From IMG/VR virus record IMGVR_UViG_3300017914_001116, positions 1 through 31,380 of that record: a stretch of DNA of 31,380 nt, one strand, 5' to 3'. Positions 17,845-24,506 of the stretch are shown here, in pieces. Made by a program: the position numbers and the translations under genes. The notes beneath the pieces were generated by a model, which was not told where the DNA came from, searched no databases, and was given only the letters and a program-made list of their open reading frames with translations. This DNA comes from a virus (Duplodnaviria; Caudoviricetes). Each line of letters starts with the position of its first letter. Positions within the stretch are counted from its first letter, which is position 1.

Positions 17845-17851
17845 TAGTTCA

Positions 17852-18049
17852 TCACACAGGGTGGTTCCAGGGGTGTAAATTTTTATATACTTCTTTGACT
17901 CTTGCATTGTACTCATCTTCGTCCTGTGCTAAGTTGTTTAAAATACGTTTCCAAATATTTCGCATTTCTTTATTAAGTTTAGGATCAGCTAGTAAAAGTT
18001 TTAATCTAGCTCTCCGTTGGGCTTGCAATTCTGCTGAATAAGGACCCAT
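17852..18049 (-). CDS. Hypothetical phage protein
   Basis: GGAG RBS upstream; 65-aa helical ORF. Confidence 0.65.
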   Translation of the reverse strand: MGPYSAELQAQRRARLKLLLADPKLNKEMRNIWKRILNNLAQDEDEYNARVKEVYKNLHPWNHPV

Positions 18050-18245
18050 AATTTACTCCTTCCATAGGACAGTTTGCTCTTGACTTACGTACTTTATCTG
18101 GTGTAAGGTTATGAGCTTTGGTCATATCTAATAGTTTGATACCCATTAGATTATACATCAGTGCCTCGTTAGGAGTAAGGATAAGAACGTCATCCTTACT
18201 TTTTTGAGGTTGTTTTACGTAAACTCTTTCTTTATTTAGATTCAT
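18006..18245 (-). CDS. Hypothetical protein (start uncertain)
   Basis: ATG overlaps the upstream TGA (ATGA). An alternative internal start (MYNLM...) has a GAGG RBS behind a hairpin. Confidence 0.4.
   Translation of the reverse strand: MNLNKERVYVKQPQKSKDDVLILTPNEALMYNLMGIKLLDMTKAHNLTPDKVRKSRANCPMEGVNYGSLFSRIASPTES
18174..18205 (+). terminator. Intrinsic-terminator-like hairpin, antisense to the operon
   Basis: AGTAAGGAT-N9-ATCCTTACT perfect 9-bp stem followed by TTTTT on the plus strand. Confidence 0.5.
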
Positions 18246-18352
18246 AGTGGAAGAGTCCCTGTATAAAGTTCTATTCCTAAACTAATCATCCCCATTGCAA
18301 ATACTGCAACAATAAAGACTTTAGCCATAATCACTGCAATATAATCACTCAT
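18242..18352 (-). CDS. 36-aa single-pass membrane peptide (not in the ORF track)
   Basis: MSDYIAVIMAKVFIVAVFAMGMISLGIELYTGTLPL*. The start overlaps the folE stop (ATGA) and the stop overlaps the next ATG. Confidence 0.6.
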   Translation of the reverse strand: MSDYIAVIMAKVFIVAVFAMGMISLGIELYTGTLPL

Positions 18353-19035
18353 CGTGGTGCAAATTCTTGTTGCAACTTAATGTTGTCAAAGAACTCTTTC
18401 TTTGTGCCTGAGTCATCTTTAAATGATCCTTCAAGCACTGTTGTTTGTGTTAAGGAACTGTGCGCCATAATACCGCGATTCTCACAACACCCGTGTGTAG
18501 CTTGAATGTATACACCAATGTTCTTTGAATTAGTTGCTACTTTAATTTCACGTGCAATATCATTTGCAAGTTCTTCTTGTAGTGTACCACGTCTTGCACA
18601 CCATTGTGCAATACGTGTATATTTAGAAAGACCAATTACTTTGCCATTCGGAATAATACCAATATATGCTACACCTGTAACTGGTTGATGATGATGTGAA
18701 CACATACTCTTAAGTTCACTGCGTACTACTAACATACCTGTGTATGCATCTTCTCCGTCATTAGGAAAAGCAGTAGCATTAGGAATAGTATCATAGCGTC
18801 CTGCCATAATCTCATTAAAGTACATTTTCGCAAGACGTCTTGCTGTACCCTGTGAATTAGGATCGTTATGCCTATCGATTAGCAGTGCATCTAGTACACC
18901 TTCAAATGCAACAGTTGCTTCGTCAATAAGTTCTTCCTTATCGCCTTTTTGCAGGACCTGCGAAATGTTGTCGCCCGCCCAATAGCGGATGCCAGCATCT
19001 TCTAGCTTTTGTTTAATTTGTTTTACTTTACTCAA
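18349..19035 (-). CDS. folE: GTP cyclohydrolase I
   Basis: TARRLAKMY, SMCSHH, IGLSKY.R, LQE.L and H.C...RGI. Probable TTG start at 19035 after GGAGA. Confidence 0.95.
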   Translation of the reverse strand: MSKVKQIKQKLEDAGIRYWAGDNISQVLQKGDKEELIDEATVAFEGVLDALLIDRHNDPNSQGTARRLAKMYFNEIMAGRYDTIPNATAFPNDGEDAYTGMLVVRSELKSMCSHHHQPVTGVAYIGIIPNGKVIGLSKYTRIAQWCARRGTLQEELANDIAREIKVATNSKNIGVYIQATHGCCENRGIMAHSSLTQTTVLEGSFKDDSGTKKEFFDNIKLQQEFAPR

Positions 19036-19075
19036 TTTTTGTTCTCCGATGTTGAGGCAGTGGATTGCCAATAGT

Positions 19076-20146
19076 TTATTTTATTACTTCTAGCAAGTTT
19101 TTGCAACCGAAATAATCTCCATTCAGTTTAGTAACTTGTTTATTTAGGCTTGGAAGATATTTTTTGTAATTTTCCATATAGTCTACAACTTTATCCATAA
19201 CTTGTGTTTTATGTTTTTGATAATTTGTATATGAAGTAGTCCATTCGCTTGGATATAAAAAGTCTTCAACAGCCATTTCTGAATATGACAATCTGTTAGG
19301 TACCATAGGCAATGCCCCAACTAGAGCACCTTCATACCAACTAATACCTAGTGTTTCTTGTAAGTTTGCACTAAACACAAGTTTTGCTTCGCCTAGTAGA
19401 TTGTGATATTCATTTTTTGTAAGTTGTCTTTCTTGACAAACTACAAATTCATATTGGGGAAGTTGTTGTTTAAGATCGTTAAAAATTTCTACTTGCTTTT
19501 CTGGAGCAATACGATGCGGGAATAAAATAAGGTCTTTCTTGTCCATACCTTTATATGTTGTAAGGTGGTTGTCCATATATTCAAACGGCCAACCAGTTCT
19601 TACAATTTTATTAGATTCCATAAACGCAGTTCTTCCTGTTCTTTCGTCCGTATCAATTAAGTTTTCTAAGAACATCTTAATATGAAAATCAGTTGCAAAG
19701 AAATTATGATCAAAACATTCGAACATACTCATTTCTGCGTTTCTTACCCAAGGCGCATTACCTATAAGCCGCCCAAGGAAATCAGCAGGATCATAACTAC
19801 CAGCGTGCCAAAGGCCACCGATTCTAATGTTAACCCCCAAGAGCTCAGCCATATATTTAAGCTGTATAACAGTTGGGTTCCAAGCGTCCGTATATAAGAA
19901 ATAATCTTCATCTTTTACTTCTCCTTTACAAAATGCTTCTGCAATTTGTTGTAGTTGGTTACTTTTATAAACATTAGTACCACCAAAATTTAAGAACGCA
20001 CCAGGTGTTGTTGCCTGTGGAGTATCACCACCACTTACAACTTTAACATCAAAACCTTTCGACTTCAAAATTTTAGGAAACTCTGTCTTCCATTGTTTTG
20101 TATATCGTGTTTCAACTGCTTCTAAATCAACTAGCCATACTGTCAT
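19076..20146 (-). CDS. GT-B retaining glycosyltransferase (GT4-like)
   Basis: WHAGSYD, FPHRIAPEKQ and the E-X7-E motif ETLGISWYE followed by GALPMVP. Confidence 0.8.
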   Translation of the reverse strand: MTVWLVDLEAVETRYTKQWKTEFPKILKSKGFDVKVVSGGDTPQATTPGAFLNFGGTNVYKSNQLQQIAEAFCKGEVKDEDYFLYTDAWNPTVIQLKYMAELLGVNIRIGGLWHAGSYDPADFLGRLIGNAPWVRNAEMSMFECFDHNFFATDFHIKMFLENLIDTDERTGRTAFMESNKIVRTGWPFEYMDNHLTTYKGMDKKDLILFPHRIAPEKQVEIFNDLKQQLPQYEFVVCQERQLTKNEYHNLLGEAKLVFSANLQETLGISWYEGALVGALPMVPNRLSYSEMAVEDFLYPSEWTTSYTNYQKHKTQVMDKVVDYMENYKKYLPSLNKQVTKLNGDYFGCKNLLEVIK

Positions 20147-20424
20147 TTTGTTAGTCCTAAAAGTGTTATAATTTTTGGATCACTATATTCAAATATTATA
20201 GCATCATCCATATCGTCTGTCCAGCCTTGATCTGTCCAAACAAAGTCACGACCGTAGAGGAAGCCGTGTTTGCCTAGCGTATTACACACTTTAGCAACTG
20301 CCTCTACAGTCGTGTAGTTTGCGTTAAGAGCACCGCCTTCAACTGAATTGCCATTGGCATCAGTCTTGTACGGAGTTCTATCGCTTAGGTCCTTTATACC
20401 TATTGTTACGGTTTTTGCGAACAA
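20143..20424 (-). CDS. Hypothetical phage protein
   Basis: Stop overlaps the GT start (ATGA). Probable TTG start at 20424 (MFAKTVTI...). Confidence 0.6.
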   Translation of the reverse strand: MFAKTVTIGIKDLSDRTPYKTDANGNSVEGGALNANYTTVEAVAKVCNTLGKHGFLYGRDFVWTDQGWTDDMDDAIIFEYSDPKIITLLGLTK

Positions 20425-20599
20425 AAGTCCCGCCTTTCTTGTAAGCTCTCCACTCAGAGCTGCTGTTATTATAAAGGTTCTTTTCATCCCAAGGGAGGAA
20501 GTTGAACCGACAAAAGTCTTTAAACTTTTCCAAGTCTTCAAATACTTTAAGCACTTGGGGTTTGCGTTGCCAATAGCGTTTAATATTTTGCGTATTCAA
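20378..20599 (-). CDS. Hypothetical basic phage protein
   Basis: GGAG RBS before TTG 20599; F.DLE.F.DFCR....WDEK.LY motif. Confidence 0.65.
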   Translation of the reverse strand: MNTQNIKRYWQRKPQVLKVFEDLEKFKDFCRFNFLPWDEKNLYNNSSSEWRAYKKGGTFVRKNRNNRYKGPKR

Positions 20600-21023
20600 T
20601 GTGAGCTCCGTTTTCACCGTCTTCACTAATATCAATATGGACTTCACGTCCGGGGAATTTCACTGCAATCTGTTCGTACAGATCGTCAGCCATCATTTCA
20701 CAACTTTTATAATCTAACTCTAATGTCTTTTCACTATAGAGCTTCTCCATCCAACGTTTAAATTGAATGAACTCAATATCTCTGTCGTTGTGTGTAACAG
20801 TGATACCAACCTTAAAATGGAAGATGTGTCTGTGTGGATAACCCAAAAACGATACATCATCCCAATCACCTGTAGCAAGTTTAGGATCGTCAATTGCTGC
20901 CGGATACTTATGGATACCTTCCTTGCGGAATGTTACCCAAATCATTCTTTTTGCAGTTCGCATAATTCTTTCGTGTGTATCTTTTGCCATTGCTTCCTTC
21001 ATCATTGTATCAGTTATACTCAT
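20580..21023 (-). CDS. T-fold QueD/PTPS paralog, DpdL-like (putative CDG decarboxylase)
   Basis: EGIH, LGYPHRHIF (LxxxHRHxF in place of the QueD CxxxHGH), SCE and ISEDGENG. The true start may be a downstream Met. Confidence 0.7.
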   Translation of the reverse strand: MSITDTMMKEAMAKDTHERIMRTAKRMIWVTFRKEGIHKYPAAIDDPKLATGDWDDVSFLGYPHRHIFHFKVGITVTHNDRDIEFIQFKRWMEKLYSEKTLELDYKSCEMMADDLYEQIAVKFPGREVHIDISEDGENGAHIEYAKY

Positions 21024-21052
21024 ATACTACAGCCTTTCATCGTTATTGTCAA
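21024..21052 (-). promoter_or_regulatory. Candidate sigma70 promoter for the QueD paralog-GT-folE genes
   Basis: TTGACA-N17-TAGTAT at the 3' end of the HNH gene. Confidence 0.55.
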
Positions 21053-21461
21053 CACTAAAAAGAGTATCAAAATGCGTATTCATTGTTACATATCTATTTT
21101 GGAATTCGCCTGATTCTTTGGTCTTCTTCCTATGACAATTAGGACACACTCTTTTTAGGTTTTCTTCTTCATTGTTATAACGGTCACCGTCGAAATGATC
21201 AATCTCTAAAATTGAAGAATCAACGTCGGGACTTGTACATACAAATCCATAAATGCCGTCTTTGTTTTCGCAGCCATCTGCGGCTTTTTTAAAAGTTTCC
21301 ACAGCAGCTTTGCCTACAGTTCGGTGATGGTCACAAAATGTTTTCCACTTGTAACTCCAAGAACCATCTCCCTTTTGAACTTTGTTGTGATAGTTTACCA
21401 ACGTATTACAGCCGTCCAATGCACACTGCGGTGCATAAAGTTTGTGTATGTTTGCTTTCAT
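21027..21461 (-). CDS. HNH endonuclease (Zn-binding)
   Basis: LEIDHFDGDRYNN..ENL..VCPNCH..KT, plus an N-terminal C...C...C.HH finger. Confidence 0.85.
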   Translation of the reverse strand: MKANIHKLYAPQCALDGCNTLVNYHNKVQKGDGSWSYKWKTFCDHHRTVGKAAVETFKKAADGCENKDGIYGFVCTSPDVDSSILEIDHFDGDRYNNEEENLKRVCPNCHRKKTKESGEFQNRYVTMNTHFDTLFSVDNNDERL

Positions 21462-21988
21462 TACTCAACAACTTTGTCATTCTTATATTCTTGCCAATCT
21501 GTAAATTTTGTACGATCTTGTAAATCGTGCAAGCTATGACACCATACGCCTGGATTCGAATCTTCAAATCCTTTGTCGTCGAGCTTGATCATTGTATTGT
21601 AATTCCATTGTCTGATATATGGAAGTGGAACACGAATCTGCGGAATAAACAAATCATATTCTACAAGCGGTCCTTCTAAAAACTCTTCCGCAGTATTAAT
21701 AGGAATATCCAACGTACACAAGTAACCACGTTCGATAAAATCTTCAATCATCTTTTCCCATTCAGCAAAGTAATCTGCACTGTAGCCTTCGCTTGCAGGA
21801 TTGAAGCTGTGGTTTGCACCAAAGAAAATATGCTCGATAGTATCGTCGAGATGACGTCGAATAATACTACCATCTTGTAGTCCTGTAACAAAAAGAGTTT
21901 TCTTTCCGTATGCAGGAGTCTTTTCAACTTCAATGCCAGTAAAAAATGTTACATTTTCACTTGTGCCGTCATTGTATTCACGTTTCAT
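21461..21988 (-). CDS. Protein of unknown function in the deazaguanine cluster
   Basis: 175-aa ORF with AGGA RBS; motif-like segments FFTGIEVEKTPAYG.KTLFV, HIFFGANHSF and KLDD.GF..SNPGVW. Confidence 0.8.
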   Translation of the reverse strand: MKREYNDGTSENVTFFTGIEVEKTPAYGKKTLFVTGLQDGSIIRRHLDDTIEHIFFGANHSFNPASEGYSADYFAEWEKMIEDFIERGYLCTLDIPINTAEEFLEGPLVEYDLFIPQIRVPLPYIRQWNYNTMIKLDDKGFEDSNPGVWCHSLHDLQDRTKFTDWQEYKNDKVVE

Positions 21989-22163
21989 TAGCGTGTTCCT
22001 TTTCTAGTGCTTCGATTTGTTCTTTTAAGCGTAGTCGTTGTTTTTTCATTTCGGTGATATCTTTGTCGTCATAGGCGCCTGTTTTTGTCCTGCCGTCTAT
22101 AACTTTGTTTAAATGTTGATGCGTTTCTTTAAGTAGTTTTAAACGCATTGCCCAATCTCCCAT
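21978..22163 (-). CDS. DUF465/YdcH-like small coiled-coil protein
   Basis: H..L...I...MKKQRLRLKEQI pattern; AGGAGG RBS before ATG 22163. Confidence 0.65.
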   Translation of the reverse strand: MGDWAMRLKLLKETHQHLNKVIDGRTKTGAYDDKDITEMKKQRLRLKEQIEALEKEHANET

Positions 22164-22164
22164 A

Positions 22165-23709
22165 TTACACCTCCTGTAGTTGTTTCTCCAACTTATCAAG
22201 TTCTCCATCTTCTCTATCATCAGTCCACGGAGCAGTTTCTTCTCCCTCATCATCTACTTCAGTAAACAGTGAGTTTGAAATGTTTGTAACGCCACCTCTT
22301 AGTCTAGCACCTTCAAGGTTCTTAAGGAATGAGTCAGCTTCTTTAATCATAGCAAATGCTGCCTCTTTAGTTGGCTGTTCGAATAGTTCTTCTACAAAGC
22401 GATCGAAGTACAAGATGTTACGTGGCACCCATTCGGAATACTCGTCACTCTTATCAGCATCTTTTACTTTGCGCCAGCTTCTCCAGTCTGGTCGGCCTTT
22501 TGCAATTTCAATATCCATAAGGTTGTTTGCACGTTGTACAGCAACAATATGGCAATAAACATTATGTGCCATCATTAGTGCATAGCCAAAACTATCCCAA
22601 GATGTTTTACCTTCTTTACCAATCTTGTTTAGCATACCTGGAGCATAATGACAAATGTCAGCAATACTTAAACGTCTACCAATTTCACTTTCAAAAGGAA
22701 ACGGAATATCTTTACGTGTTGCAAGTGCTTTATTGTCAGGCGCCTTGTCCATAATCACAGACCATCGCTTGGCGCTATGCTGTGCGTTAGTATATACAAG
22801 TCCGTGTGCTGTTGCAATAAACGGAGAAGCGCAATCAAAACTAATTGTAAAGTTTTCATTGATATGCTTTCTTACCTGACGCTGGATACTTGTTAAGTAA
22901 CAAGACCAGTCTAACTGTGCAGTACCCAAGAAGTGCATCCAATCTTTGCCTTCTAGCATACCGTCGAATTTCATTGTAATTAACCTGCGTAGTGTAATAG
23001 GCATTTTGCACATATTTGCACCACCCATTGCCCAACCTTCACAGGCCTTATCTCCCCAAACGTTAGGATCGGAGAATTCTTTAACACCTTCATACCACTG
23101 TTCAGCAGTATCCCAGTCTGATCCTTGTAGCACGTTTAGGAACTTAGTTGCACCTAATCTACGTTCTAACCAATACTTGTTATTAAAACGTGTCTTGTCT
23201 AGACAGTCTTCAAAACTTTTTAGTCCTGTTTTAGGAGAATGAATATGATCACAAGCCCAAGTCGGAACATCAAGTAGCATTGACCAATCTGCTGTAAGCT
23301 CTAGCCAATTAAGAATATCATCACGTGTTTTGTTTGCAGCCTTGCCTTCAAAGTCTAACCAGTCAAACTTAAGAACACCTTTACCTACCTGATAACCACC
23401 ACTATCACCAAGTATCATTGTCTTACCGCGATCTCTGTCTTGCAACATAGCATCCTTAGTCATAGTTTTATCTAAGTCTAATGTTGCGTGACCTGCTGAG
23501 TACAAACCATACTTGTAAGTAAAATAGCCTGCTTCTTCATTTAAAAAGTTCATACCTTCAATGCCGCGATCAAAACCATCAGGTACACGATCTTTAGGAA
23601 CAAACTCTTCAAACTTTTGTTTAGATATGTAAGTCGAAAAGAAAGTACTAATTGCAGGCAAATACACTGCATAGTCTTTCTGTAGTGGTGTTAAGTTTAC
23701 TGGTTTCAT
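22165..23709 (-). CDS. dpdA: TGT-family transglycosylase, probable DNA 7-deazaguanine inserting enzyme (DpdA-like)
   Basis: TGT motifs in the expected order: GDSGGYQ, MLLDVP, NVLQG, WAMGG, MHFLG, ISFDC and a late AHN. Clustered with folE/queE and adjacent to replication genes. Confidence 0.8.
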   Translation of the reverse strand: MKPVNLTPLQKDYAVYLPAISTFFSTYISKQKFEEFVPKDRVPDGFDRGIEGMNFLNEEAGYFTYKYGLYSAGHATLDLDKTMTKDAMLQDRDRGKTMILGDSGGYQVGKGVLKFDWLDFEGKAANKTRDDILNWLELTADWSMLLDVPTWACDHIHSPKTGLKSFEDCLDKTRFNNKYWLERRLGATKFLNVLQGSDWDTAEQWYEGVKEFSDPNVWGDKACEGWAMGGANMCKMPITLRRLITMKFDGMLEGKDWMHFLGTAQLDWSCYLTSIQRQVRKHINENFTISFDCASPFIATAHGLVYTNAQHSAKRWSVIMDKAPDNKALATRKDIPFPFESEIGRRLSIADICHYAPGMLNKIGKEGKTSWDSFGYALMMAHNVYCHIVAVQRANNLMDIEIAKGRPDWRSWRKVKDADKSDEYSEWVPRNILYFDRFVEELFEQPTKEAAFAMIKEADSFLKNLEGARLRGGVTNISNSLFTEVDDEGEETAPWTDDREDGELDKLEKQLQEV

Positions 23710-23711
23710 AT

Positions 23712-24449
23712 TTACGCCGCCTGTGCTGGAATAATATACTTGTATGATGCAAGTCCGCTGTCTAGTTCAATTTGAATAGCACCTTCGTTACTCAAACTCA
23801 TCTTAGTGTTATTAACATCTGCAATTTTAAGAATTGCTAACACACTTGCAACAGGCCAAGTCCAGCCTTTATCCAGCGTACCTTCAACATCCATTGCAAA
23901 TACAAATTCACCACCGTGTGTGCTTGCATCACCAAATACAAACTTTAAGCTACCGTCTACAGTCTTTGCAAGGAATGTAGGATTCTCCGGATTAGCACCA
24001 GCCTGGAAATTAAAACGTTGTACACCAGCAAGTGTTGGCTCAATTACAACATCCCAGTTAACACCTTTGAACTTAACAGTTTTCATTTTTTCATTAATGA
24101 TTTCTCTATTCATAAAGCGATAATCATTCTTGAAGTCACCGTCTTTGTTTTCAAAGTGAATACCCACCGGAATCTCTTCTCCGTTGCGTTCTGCACTTGT
24201 AATTTCAATTTTAGCATCATTCTGATATTCACTACCGTCTAGTAGATATTTCAGTTTTTGCAATTGCGGCATACCAAATACACCGATCATATCTGGATAT
24301 GGATTGTGTGTTGTAGCTTCCATAATAACAGATCTGTCATCTGCCATTGAAAAGATAGATGTACTACCTTCTTCTCCTGTAACCTTCACCGTGGTCAAAA
24401 ACCCTAGGTTATGTGTATGACCAACAATGTCTTGTAAAATGTCTTTCAT
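23712..24449 (-). CDS. Probable DNA polymerase sliding clamp (gp45/PCNA-like)
   Basis: 245 aa, two-domain alpha/beta pattern ending Y.YIIPA, directly downstream of the polymerase. The call rests on size, pattern and context. Confidence 0.6.
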   Translation of the reverse strand: MKDILQDIVGHTHNLGFLTTVKVTGEEGSTSIFSMADDRSVIMEATTHNPYPDMIGVFGMPQLQKLKYLLDGSEYQNDAKIEITSAERNGEEIPVGIHFENKDGDFKNDYRFMNREIINEKMKTVKFKGVNWDVVIEPTLAGVQRFNFQAGANPENPTFLAKTVDGSLKFVFGDASTHGGEFVFAMDVEGTLDKGWTWPVASVLAILKIADVNNTKMSLSNEGAIQIELDSGLASYKYIIPAQAA

Positions 24450-24469
24450 TGAATTCTCCTATTAAGTAC

Positions 24470-24498
24470 ATTATATTTAGGTTTGAATAAATCTGCAA
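24470..24498 (-). promoter_or_regulatory. Sigma70 promoter with an overlapping TAAATA late-type core, upstream of clamp-dpdA
   Basis: TTGCAG-N17-TATAAT, TAAATA at 24474-24479 and an AGGAG RBS downstream. Confidence 0.65.
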
Positions 24499-24506
24499 GT
24501 ATTTTT

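Noticed and set aside
19036-19075. preQ1 riboswitch upstream of folE or queE
   Set aside because: I see no preQ1-I stem, loop consensus and A-rich tail arrangement, and queE appears to have no leader.
14603-23709. Ordinary tRNA queuosine or folate pathway
   Set aside because: No queC, queF, queA, queG or folate genes are in the window, the TGT is highly divergent, and it sits beside clamp and polymerase. DNA modification fits better, though tRNA activity is not excluded.
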